DNA of 24,000 nucleotides from Promethearchaeota archaeon (GTDB lineage: Archaea > Asgardarchaeota > Lokiarchaeia > Sigyniarchaeales > Promethearchaeaceae). Positions 1-7,923 of the stretch are shown here, piece after piece (positions within the stretch are counted from its first letter, which is position 1; every line of letters starts with the position of its first letter). The stretch lies in assembly GCA_004524545.1 (NCBI GenBank), contig SDNX01000012.1:11281-35280 (forward strand), given 5' to 3'. The position numbers and the translations under genes were made by a program. The notes under the pieces were generated by a model. That model was not told the DNA's origin. It ran no database searches and saw only the letters and a list, made by a program, of their open reading frames with translations.

Positions 1-1130
1 GTACTAGACAAACTACCTGCTGCTGCTGCAGAGGAGAGAAACATCTCTGTCATGAGAGAAGTAGTGGATCCATGATCATCGCAGATTAGCATGGAAAAAT
101 CGAATGTGCGATTAGCATCAAACATTTCTATAAAGAAGGGGACTTCCGCAAGCGGATTATAGGTTTGTTTCGGGTCAAATACTACAAGACAGACACTTCG
201 ATTCATTCGTATCAACGAACTTAAAGAGGATTGAACCGCATAAGTTTCATATCCCATGGATTCTACATATTCTCTAAACTCGGAATTACCCGTGGGTCGT
301 GTATTGTATACCGAATGATCTCGATAATTCATACCTCCATCAATAATATGGCCCAAAAGAGGAATCCATGCAAAAATAAATAACACGACTAGCAAAGCCT
401 GTTGAATTCCCCACGAAGACTTTTTTGAACGTCGAAATTCCCGTATAACCCTTAAACCATTCATCACCAGCCTGATAACATATATTGCAGGGAAAATGTA
501 CATTACAAAACTAATCATAGTTTCATAACCAGACGCTCCGAGAAAATCAATGCCAGGTTGTAAGAATGCAGAGATGCTGGCGAGTATACCGAAAATGTGA
601 ACTAATATAATTAACACCCAAATTACTACTATCATAGAATCTGATTCGGGATCTAAATCACTAAAGGATTTTTGCATCCGATTGATGGTATTGAAACTCA
701 TGATATACCAAAACAGGCCAACAACTCCTTCTACAATCATTACAGGAGTAATATAAGACGTATCAATTATGATATATCCCAATAATTCAACTATGTATCG
801 GGACATGTACGCCATATACAATCCTAACCAGATGAACATGATAGTGTTACACAGGATAGGAACAACCCGTGGCCATTTTTTCTTAATAATCAAACAAATT
901 ATAAACACACCAATAGCAATATAGACGGGGAGCATTGCCGAAAAACTGAAATTTTCATCTGCGAGGAAGATTTCTAATACCATGGCTAGGGCGGATTTAT
1001 TTTGACCTGGGAATTGAACAAAAATCGAAAGAAACAACAATCTAAGTGCAGTACCCATAGGAGACTGAAACCTATAGTACCCTTTCTGTCGTTTTCGTCT
1101 CTGTTTCTTTTCCTTTTTGTCTTTTGCCAT
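1..1130 (-). CDS. Polytopic membrane protein with C-terminal DUF4350-like soluble domain (partial; 3' end runs off the left edge)
   Basis: Absent from the ORF track because it has no stop inside the window. Hand translation of the minus strand from the ATG at 1130-1128 (MAKDKKEKKQRRKRQKGYYRF...) stays open to position 3 (376 codons). It has a Lys/Arg-rich N-terminus and about 6-7 hydrophobic helices. A soluble segment follows (...NYRDHSVYNTRPTGNSEFREYVESMGYETYAVQSSLSSL...VCLVVFDPKQ...MLICDDHG...) that resembles DUF4350 (PF14258) from memory, so the family call is tentative. The start is 27 nt downstream of the preceding gene. Confidence 0.6.
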   Translation of the reverse strand, partial: MAKDKKEKKQRRKRQKGYYRFQSPMGTALRLLFLSIFVQFPGQNKSALAMVLEIFLADENFSFSAMLPVYIAIGVFIICLIIKKKWPRVVPILCNTIMFIWLGLYMAYMSRYIVELLGYIIIDTSYITPVMIVEGVVGLFWYIMSFNTINRMQKSFSDLDPESDSMIVVIWVLIILVHIFGILASISAFLQPGIDFLGASGYETMISFVMYIFPAIYVIRLVMNGLRVIREFRRSKKSSWGIQQALLVVLFIFAWIPLLGHIIDGGMNYRDHSVYNTRPTGNSEFREYVESMGYETYAVQSSLSSLIRMNRSVCLVVFDPKQTYNPLAEVPFFIEMFDANRTFDFSMLICDDHGSTTSLMTEMFLSSAAAAGSLSS

Positions 1131-1157
1131 ATAGATCCCTATCTGATTGACTGATTA

Positions 1158-1529
1158 TTACAAATTTAAGGAGGGAAGTCGATGTCCACTCATTTCCCGA
1201 TAGATATTCCCAAAAGATTCAACAATTTGCATGAAAAATTCCGGTGTAGAAGGATATCCTCCATAAATTGCTTTTTCGATCTGTTGGATGAACGGATAGA
1301 TATTTGCAGGATCCTGTCCATGTTGTTTTACCATGATGATTGCAAAATCTCTCACAGTTTGGGAAAAGGTTTTGCGAACTCCATATTTTTGCAATGCTAG
1401 ATCTGTGTAGATTGTATACATATAGGCAATGGCTTCTTTCAATCTGCCGGTATTGTATAGAAGCTTCACATTTTTAAGTTTTGAAGAAACGTTTAATTCT
1501 TCTTGTTCATCTTTCTTTTTTCGTGCCAT
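1158..1529 (-). CDS. Small soluble DUF4129-like protein, a free-standing paralogue of the cytosolic tail of the upstream 538-aa protein
   Basis: 123-aa ORF with a GAGGG Shine-Dalgarno-like motif 6 nt upstream of the ATG. It is about 55% identical by hand alignment over ~100 aa to residues 434-538 of the 1617..3233 product. The shared core is FAIIMVKQxGQxPxNIYPFIQxIExxIYGGYP. The helical pattern ending in an 'xxIYGGYP' motif matches my recollection of DUF4129 (PF13559). It has no hydrophobic segment. Confidence 0.75.
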   Translation of the reverse strand: MARKKKDEQEELNVSSKLKNVKLLYNTGRLKEAIAYMYTIYTDLALQKYGVRKTFSQTVRDFAIIMVKQHGQDPANIYPFIQQIEKAIYGGYPSTPEFFMQIVESFGNIYREMSGHRLPSLNL

Positions 1530-1616
1530 GTAAAACCCTCTAAGGTTTTTGTTTTTTTTTTTCTTGGAATAATGTTGTAGAGTTTTTATGTGCTAAATAA
1601 TTGTCGTGAACTTCAA

Positions 1617-3233
1617 TTAATTAAGTTGGAATGAGGGAAGTGGTTTATCCATCAATTCCAGATAAATTCGACCAAATACCTCAACCGTATGTAAGAAGAC
1701 TTGATCGTTAAAGGGATATCCTCCATATATGACTTGTTCAATTTCTTGGATAAAGGGATATATATTTCGAGGATTTTGTCCAAACTGCTTTACCATAATA
1801 ATTGCAAATTCTGTCGTAGTTTGGGAGGCTTCTTTCTCAATCCCGAATTTTAATTGTGCAATTTCAGTATAGGTGACATACAAATATGCAAGTGCTTCTT
1901 TCACTCTCCCCATTTTGTAGAGCATTCGAACGTTATTGAGACGGTCTTCTATTTCCTTTAGTAGAAGCCCTATATCTTTTTGCGCGCGTTTTTTCATCAA
2001 CCAACGCTGAAAGAAGAATATACCAACAATTACTCCAACAGCACCCACACCTATGACGATAAATTCCCATGGAAGATTTGTAAACGCGGTCGGAGCCCGA
2101 ATTCTGACAGTTTGTTGATAGATCAATATTCCACCAGGAACGACTTCAACATTGCCATTCGAGTAATAAGAAAGTACCGTGACTGTAATAGTGTAAGTGC
2201 CGGTTATGTTTGGTATTAGATAGTAGGGTCCAAGAAATCTTCCTCCTACACTCAAAGTCCCGTTATATAACATGACATTCACACTATCACCAGTTAATGT
2301 AATTGTTATATAGGAACCATTTAGAGCATATCCGCCCCCCGCTTGCACCACATTCCCATTGATAGAATAATTTGTGTTTTGGTAAATAGTTCGACCAATA
2401 TTATCAAAATCGACTTCTATACCGGTAATAATGTTAAATTCTTGTGGTTCTGAGGTATCAGCTGATAAGGCTGGAGTTCCTGGCCAGTTTAGAGTATAAT
2501 ACTCATATGCAGCATTGTGCGGTATTTCTTCATAAAAATACCCCGTGTCACTCACGGTGATATTGGGACCTTGGGTTCCCGTTCCTATATCACCATACCA
2601 TAGTTCTAAATCAAAACCAAATAAACTCGTATAAGGGGAACCCGTTAGAGTGTCTTCAACTACCCCTGATACTGGATAGAAAGTTGATCCTGAAAGCGTA
2701 GGTTGTGGATTAGCAGTAATTTGTATATCGGCACCTGAAATAAGGTATAGATCCAATTGATTGGAACAGTTTGTATCGTAGCCTCCTTGGGTAGTGTTTG
2801 CTTGGATATAATTTAATCCACTGAGAAAGGTATCTGCATCTGCTGTGAAAGGTAGAGCAAAATTCCCCAATCCATCAGTATTTGTCACTTCAGAGGAAAC
2901 TATATCCCCATTTACAACTAATACAATTTCCCCCACATATGCATCCCATGCAGCCCCATTCCATTTAAGTGCATATCCATTCAGTGTTACACCTTCTCCA
3001 TCAGATACATAGGTTTCACTTATACTTGTAAGGGTAATATTCCCTGTAATCGTACGAATTGACGCAGATGGAGATTTTTGATTCAACTGATTTGGTGTAT
3101 CATTAGGAGGGTTAAACATTATAAATGAAGCAAAAAATACGAGGGCAATTCCAAAAACGCATAATAAAACTTTTTGAATCTGTAGGGAATGTCCTATAAG
3201 ATGCTTTCGTAATGAGGGGTTGGATTTGGACAT
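1617..3233 (-). CDS. Bitopic surface protein: N-terminal TM, ~350-aa beta-rich ectodomain, second TM, cytosolic DUF4129-like tail
   Basis: 538-aa ORF with an AAGGAG Shine-Dalgarno motif (3241-3246, minus sense) 7 nt upstream of the ATG. TM1 is around aa 21-40 and TM2 around aa 389-413 (WEFIVIGVGAVGVIVGIFFFQRWLM), followed by KKRAQK, consistent with positive-inside topology. The ectodomain is Thr/Asn/Gly/Tyr-rich and carries a TNTDGLGNFALPF motif typical of prealbumin/CarboxypepD_reg-like beta-sandwiches. The tail (aa 414-538) is paralogous to the 123-aa ORF. Confidence 0.8.
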   Translation of the reverse strand: MSKSNPSLRKHLIGHSLQIQKVLLCVFGIALVFFASFIMFNPPNDTPNQLNQKSPSASIRTITGNITLTSISETYVSDGEGVTLNGYALKWNGAAWDAYVGEIVLVVNGDIVSSEVTNTDGLGNFALPFTADADTFLSGLNYIQANTTQGGYDTNCSNQLDLYLISGADIQITANPQPTLSGSTFYPVSGVVEDTLTGSPYTSLFGFDLELWYGDIGTGTQGPNITVSDTGYFYEEIPHNAAYEYYTLNWPGTPALSADTSEPQEFNIITGIEVDFDNIGRTIYQNTNYSINGNVVQAGGGYALNGSYITITLTGDSVNVMLYNGTLSVGGRFLGPYYLIPNITGTYTITVTVLSYYSNGNVEVVPGGILIYQQTVRIRAPTAFTNLPWEFIVIGVGAVGVIVGIFFFQRWLMKKRAQKDIGLLLKEIEDRLNNVRMLYKMGRVKEALAYLYVTYTEIAQLKFGIEKEASQTTTEFAIIMVKQFGQNPRNIYPFIQEIEQVIYGGYPFNDQVFLHTVEVFGRIYLELMDKPLPSFQLN

Positions 3234-3240
3234 TCTGATA

Positions 3241-3300
3241 CTCCTTTTCTTTACGGGTAATTATAAGTATGTGTTAGTTATTTTTTGCTAAATATATAAT
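3241..3300 (-). promoter_or_regulatory. Possible internal promoter (TATA-like ATTATATATT) and AAGGAG ribosome-binding site for the 538-aa gene
   Basis: The minus-strand sequence ...ggattatatatttagc... (3291-3300) lies ~60 nt upstream of the ATG at 3233. AAGGAG lies at 3241-3246. Confidence 0.3.
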
Positions 3301-3340
3301 CCGTGTATGGTCTATGTTATTTCACTAGTTATTGAGGAAG

Positions 3341-3347
3341 AAAAAAA
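3341..3347 (-). terminator. Oligo-T tract (T7 on minus strand) 4 nt after the stop of the transglutaminase-like gene
   Basis: The minus strand reads TGA-agaa-TTTTTTT-cttcc. Archaeal RNA polymerase terminates at oligo-T runs. Read-through into the next gene cannot be excluded. Confidence 0.35.
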
Positions 3348-3351
3348 TTCT

Positions 3352-6300
3352 TCATGAGTAAGTTGCCTGTACTTCATCACCATTAATATAGTTAATATCA
3401 TCTTGCACATATTCTACGTAGATCGAATCCACTGACCATAGTACCGTAGTAGAATAACTGAAATTACCTAAACCATCTGTTGTAGCTGTATCTGAATAGA
3501 GTAATGTACTCGAACTGTCATAAAATTTAATGATCACAGTAACACCTGCCAATGCGGTGCTGTTATCATATGTCAATGTTCCATCCACATATACAGGTTG
3601 TCCTGCATAGAGAATTTGTGGACTATAGGTAGCAGTTAAGCTAACATCGGCATATACCGTTTGAAGGCTTTCGGAAGAAAGATCTGCTAATCCTACATCA
3701 AAATTACTTCCGGGGCATTGAATCGAGTAATCTTGCTGATCTCCCGTAAAGTACACGGTGATCCGATACACACCATGGAATGAAATTGGCATTCTCCAGA
3801 CAAAAGCAAACAATCCTGTCGTTTGGTCAGAAATGATATAGCTACCAGGGGTTCCAGGTAACCACGTGATAATGTCACCGGTTCTATCCGTTCCTCCAAA
3901 ATCCCTCACATACAATTGAATACCTGCACCTGTTACAATTTTATCGTTCAGAGTATCACGAACATAACCAGATATAGATACTTGACCACTATTTCTAACG
4001 GATGTTGCACTGGGGGTTGAAACCAGATCAACATACATAGCATCATCCAAAAATACTTGGGTATAATTCTTAATCGTATTATGGGATACACTTAATAGGT
4101 TCAGACCCGCAACATGAGTGGAATCTAATGTGACAAAGAAGGAGGCTCCTCCTGTTGAATTCGTTATTGTGCTATCCAGATCGATACCTAAAGTCTCATC
4201 TCGGAGAGTCACTAGAGCTGATGTTTTTATTCCCAGTCCTTCCCACACTCGAACATCAATTCGTACAACATCGTTTCGATTATAGTATGGAGCAGTACCA
4301 AAATAACTTCCTTGAGTTGGAGAGTAATCTATCCACATTTCGATTATTATATTAGTGGGATCATTAATTGTTAAAGATACAGGACCATCTGCATCCGTGA
4401 AAGCGGGATCGGAAATTAATTGGTTCCTCGAGTTAATTAGCTGCCAATCGCCGCCAAATCCTACATAGATATCATAAATTCCTATGGGAGTTGCGGGATT
4501 TACTCCGTAGGTAGCTGAAAATTGACCATTCCCCCCTACGTTCATATATGTCGGATCTCCAGTGAGAGAGCTTGTATAATCGGTCGGACCTTGTCTCATT
4601 TGAACCCCTACATACCCATAGCGGACATAATCGGCTACTCCAGAATCCCACAGATACCCATCCACATCAAACGTCATCTGCCCACCACCCGTCCGGTTAA
4701 TAAGACCAGGAGTGACCGAAGTAAGAATGATTTCCATAGTTTCATCCACAATTAAATAGAACGATTGGTTTAACCTACCTGCTCCTACCCAATATCCGTA
4801 TAATTCATGTACTCCTGCCTTCCAGTGATGATAATCAGAGGAAAGGGAATACATCATACTACTCAACCCAAAGGAATTGGTGGTTAAAGTTCCCACAATG
4901 TAATCATCATAGGTTTTATCTCGTATCTGTACTTGACCATTTATTACCGGAATACCGGCTTGTTCTAAATAGACATTAAACGTCATGGAATCGGTATCTC
5001 GATCTTTATGGAAGGTATCTTCTTGGAAATATGTTGAGTCTACATCCAAATTAAACACTTTTTGGTTATCATCAATAATTTCAAATGAATACGTATTGCT
5101 GGACGCATCGTTTACTAATGGAATTGTAATACTTTGTGGAGTTCCATATAAGGGATTGATTATTTCATAGGTTCCATTGAAATCCACTCGGAAGTCATAG
5201 ATTCCTTGGGCAACATATTCAGAGATGGTTACAGTTTCAGATATCGCACCATTCATATCTACTTTAATATCAGCAGGAATAACGCTAGTAGGAATTGCTG
5301 CTTTGTGGTATGCAAGAACAGGGTGAAGCATCGCATTTTTCACGCGATTATTGTTCACGGGATCATAAATATAAGCAGATATGTGAGTATCGTTCGTAAT
5401 ACTTCTATTGATAGAATTTGGGATGGGAGCACCTGTCATTTGAATATTCACACTGTCGGCAAGAACGACTGCACACGCATTTTGTTGAAACATTGAATGT
5501 TGAACTCCAATAAAATGAGCTCCCACAGTAAATGAATTGTCCATTACTACATCATAGTTTGCGTATCCATTTCCATCGGTCCATACCGATCCGAGGGAAA
5601 CTTCCTCAGTATAATCGTAGAGTTCTAATTCTTGGGTATCGTTCGTGCCACTTTGTACTTCTCCAAGTTCAAAATCTAAATGAGCAGTATATCCTCTAAA
5701 TCCTTGCGTATAGGTAGAGTAAGTTCCATTAATCCGAATGTTTAGTGGGGCGTCAGAGGGATCATCAGGTCCTGAAGGTAAAGTTAATGAAGGGGATAAA
5801 ATGAACGGAGCAAATTCCCCATTTCCAAAACCATCGGTCACAAAATATATTTCATTCCAAGCATCCATATTGGACAATTGAATTTCACGCATATCCCAAC
5901 CGTTGTAATAAGGATCGGTTGTATCACTGGAATACCGAGAATTATAACCTGCGGTATATCGACAAGGGATATCGAACCATCGGCAGAACATGACAAAAGC
6001 GGCTGCAAAATCCATGGGTAATCCTTCTCCCCGTTCAAGGAACCATTCTACAATATCTTCTCCACTCCCAGGACGCTCAAGCGGGAAAGTGAGATCTAAA
6101 CCGAAATTTTCCACAATATACGTACGAATAATATCGGCAACGGAATAGGTATCCGAAGTACTTCCGATTAATGTGGAAAGATTGGTTACATGAGAACTGA
6201 AATACGGATGGTCATTGTAATAGCCTACTTTATCATCATCCGGGAATTGAGTATATAAATTCATGATTTGAGCTGGTGCAAGGGATGAGCCATACCCATT

Positions 6301-7098
6301 GTTATATATCATTTCATCGGGTTTCGGCGTATAATATAGACCGTATGTTAAATTTCCTGCCGTATTTGTATTCAAAGTATAGGTGGCAGTTGTTCCTTTT
6401 TGGGAGTCGACAGCTAAGTCAAAAGAATTCATAACATCAGTATTACTTGGATCTTCTCCTCTCACATACGTAATTTCAGGTTCCGAAAAACCAGAAGGTA
6501 AAGCCATAGTACCTCCATTTGTTTCTCCAAATGGGATTCTAATCACATAATCTTCTGTAAATGTTGTTGGAACCGTGGAGGTTGGATTATTAAGTGTATT
6601 AGATCTAGCCCATCCATCCCCTGTATACTCATCATATGCAGAATACCGCCATAAATCGTCATCAGAGATAGTTGCTGCTCGTGGATATACACGAAACATC
6701 ACAGTGTTGAGTTGATCCAGATTAGTAATATTACCGAACAAACCGGCTAGGAAAGGTAATCCAGAAAGCAGGTCCAGCAAGTTGGAATCAAAGAGACTCC
6801 AATCATCTGGCGGGGTGAAATTTGGAGGGGCTATGGCATCCAAATCTACATCTACCCAAGGATGACCATCCAAAATATCAACGGACCTGTATTTATCTTG
6901 TTGGAAAATCCAATTTGTTACTGCTGCTGAGAGATACCATCCCCCGATTACAAGAACGACAATAATACCTAAAGAAATCAGTTGCTTCTTTAAACTACCT
7001 TCAGGTTTAGATTGATCCGGTGACATATTTCCATACCTTATGATTGTTTTTTTACTGTAAGAAAAGAGCCTATATCTGTTTATGAACGAATACTCCAT
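3352..7098 (-). CDS. Giant N-terminally anchored surface protein with a transglutaminase-like core (catalytic triad substituted) and ~800 aa of beta-sandwich repeats
   Basis: 1248-aa ORF. The likely true start is Met25 (ATG at 7026-7024), which is preceded by AAGGT, whereas the ATG at 7098 has no SD. A single TM lies around aa 40-62. The transglutaminase-core signature is recognisable at aa ~355-436 (GLPMDFAAAFVMFCRWFDIPCRYTAGY ... MDAWNEIYF ... GEFAPFILSP). The C-terminal two thirds contain recurring T-[DN]-x-x-G-x-x-x-[FY] motifs: TDGNGYANY, TNSFGLSSMMY, TNSTGGASFF, TTGLFAFV and TTDGLGNFSY. A T7 tract follows the stop. Confidence 0.85.
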   Translation of the reverse strand: MEYSFINRYRLFSYSKKTIIRYGNMSPDQSKPEGSLKKQLISLGIIVVLVIGGWYLSAAVTNWIFQQDKYRSVDILDGHPWVDVDLDAIAPPNFTPPDDWSLFDSNLLDLLSGLPFLAGLFGNITNLDQLNTVMFRVYPRAATISDDDLWRYSAYDEYTGDGWARSNTLNNPTSTVPTTFTEDYVIRIPFGETNGGTMALPSGFSEPEITYVRGEDPSNTDVMNSFDLAVDSQKGTTATYTLNTNTAGNLTYGLYYTPKPDEMIYNNGYGSSLAPAQIMNLYTQFPDDDKVGYYNDHPYFSSHVTNLSTLIGSTSDTYSVADIIRTYIVENFGLDLTFPLERPGSGEDIVEWFLERGEGLPMDFAAAFVMFCRWFDIPCRYTAGYNSRYSSDTTDPYYNGWDMREIQLSNMDAWNEIYFVTDGFGNGEFAPFILSPSLTLPSGPDDPSDAPLNIRINGTYSTYTQGFRGYTAHLDFELGEVQSGTNDTQELELYDYTEEVSLGSVWTDGNGYANYDVVMDNSFTVGAHFIGVQHSMFQQNACAVVLADSVNIQMTGAPIPNSINRSITNDTHISAYIYDPVNNNRVKNAMLHPVLAYHKAAIPTSVIPADIKVDMNGAISETVTISEYVAQGIYDFRVDFNGTYEIINPLYGTPQSITIPLVNDASSNTYSFEIIDDNQKVFNLDVDSTYFQEDTFHKDRDTDSMTFNVYLEQAGIPVINGQVQIRDKTYDDYIVGTLTTNSFGLSSMMYSLSSDYHHWKAGVHELYGYWVGAGRLNQSFYLIVDETMEIILTSVTPGLINRTGGGQMTFDVDGYLWDSGVADYVRYGYVGVQMRQGPTDYTSSLTGDPTYMNVGGNGQFSATYGVNPATPIGIYDIYVGFGGDWQLINSRNQLISDPAFTDADGPVSLTINDPTNIIIEMWIDYSPTQGSYFGTAPYYNRNDVVRIDVRVWEGLGIKTSALVTLRDETLGIDLDSTITNSTGGASFFVTLDSTHVAGLNLLSVSHNTIKNYTQVFLDDAMYVDLVSTPSATSVRNSGQVSISGYVRDTLNDKIVTGAGIQLYVRDFGGTDRTGDIITWLPGTPGSYIISDQTTGLFAFVWRMPISFHGVYRITVYFTGDQQDYSIQCPGSNFDVGLADLSSESLQTVYADVSLTATYSPQILYAGQPVYVDGTLTYDNSTALAGVTVIIKFYDSSSTLLYSDTATTDGLGNFSYSTTVLWSVDSIYVEYVQDDINYINGDEVQATYS

Positions 7099-7278
7099 AA
7101 ATAATTAACGAGTTCGGCTCCAATAGAAGGTGTAATCCTCCTAAGATACTTACACTAGATATGATTCTCTCCACCTAAGTGAATTTTCCTTAGTTTATTC
7201 TCGTGTAGGGCATGTATTTTCGGGATACATTAATGAATTGGTTATAATCTTTTTAAAGAACAAATCTCACCATCACTT

Positions 7279-7917
7279 ATGGATAATGGATTTTTCATTG
7301 TGATTGATGGAATTGATAGCTCAGGTTCTACTACTCAAACCGCGAAACTTGGAGGAAAACTAATTGAAAAAGGGATAAAAGTTCATTTGACCATGGAACC
7401 CTCTCAACATCCCGCAGGGAAACTCTTAAGAGAGTATCTCCGAAATGATTCAGCACCGATAGCTACAGATGCTTTATTATTTGCAGCAGATAGAGTAGAG
7501 CATTATCACAAAGAAATATTACCCAAACTCCAGGAAGGATTTGTTGTAATAAGTGATCGGTACGTGGAATCCTCAATTGCCTATCAATCCGCTCAAGCGC
7601 AACAACATCAAGAGAAAGAAAATTCTCCGTTCAAGACTATGGATATGGAATGGGTTAAAACAATCAATAAATTCGTACCGCAACCTGATCTGACTTTTAT
7701 AATCGACATTGACCCACGAGTATCACTTGCCCGAAAAAATCCCACAATTGCATTGGAAAAATTCGAAACGGTGACGTTTTTGGATTCAGTAAGGAAAATT
7801 TACCTTGAACGAGCTCGTTCCTTAAACCATATTATTGTAAATGGAGCAAAACCTGTGGATGAGATTGCAAACATAATAATGAATACTTTTTCGAACATGA
7901 TTTCTTTGGAGGAATGA
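7279..7917 (+). CDS. tmk: Thymidylate kinase family protein (dTMP kinase) with a non-canonical P-loop
   Basis: 212 aa. Recognised family motifs are FIVIDGIDSSGSTTQ (P-loop position), EPSQHPAGKLLREYL, ALLFAADRVEH and VISDRYVESSIAYQ (DRY motif). The Walker-A Lys is replaced by Ser (see findings). Confidence 0.85.
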   Translation: MDNGFFIVIDGIDSSGSTTQTAKLGGKLIEKGIKVHLTMEPSQHPAGKLLREYLRNDSAPIATDALLFAADRVEHYHKEILPKLQEGFVVISDRYVESSIAYQSAQAQQHQEKENSPFKTMDMEWVKTINKFVPQPDLTFIIDIDPRVSLARKNPTIALEKFETVTFLDSVRKIYLERARSLNHIIVNGAKPVDEIANIIMNTFSNMISLEE

Positions 7918-7923
7918 AAGAAG

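Noticed and set aside
1182-6038. Antisense or alternative-frame ORFs inside the cluster genes (1182-1400, 1980-2219, 3693-3899, 4155-4355, 4522-4755, 4985-5170, 5206-5496, 5838-6038)
   Set aside because: All are 60-96 aa and fully nested within much longer ORFs that have recognisable domains. Their translations look like random or low-complexity sequence with no independent start signals.
7027-7098. First 24 codons (MEYSFINRYRLFSYSKKTIIRYGN) of the 1248-aa ORF
   Set aside because: Not firmly rejected, but the ATG at 7098 has no SD and abuts a TATA-like TTAATTATTT. The ATG at 7026 has an AAGGT 8 nt upstream and begins directly with a typical short polar segment plus TM anchor. The true start is probably 7026.
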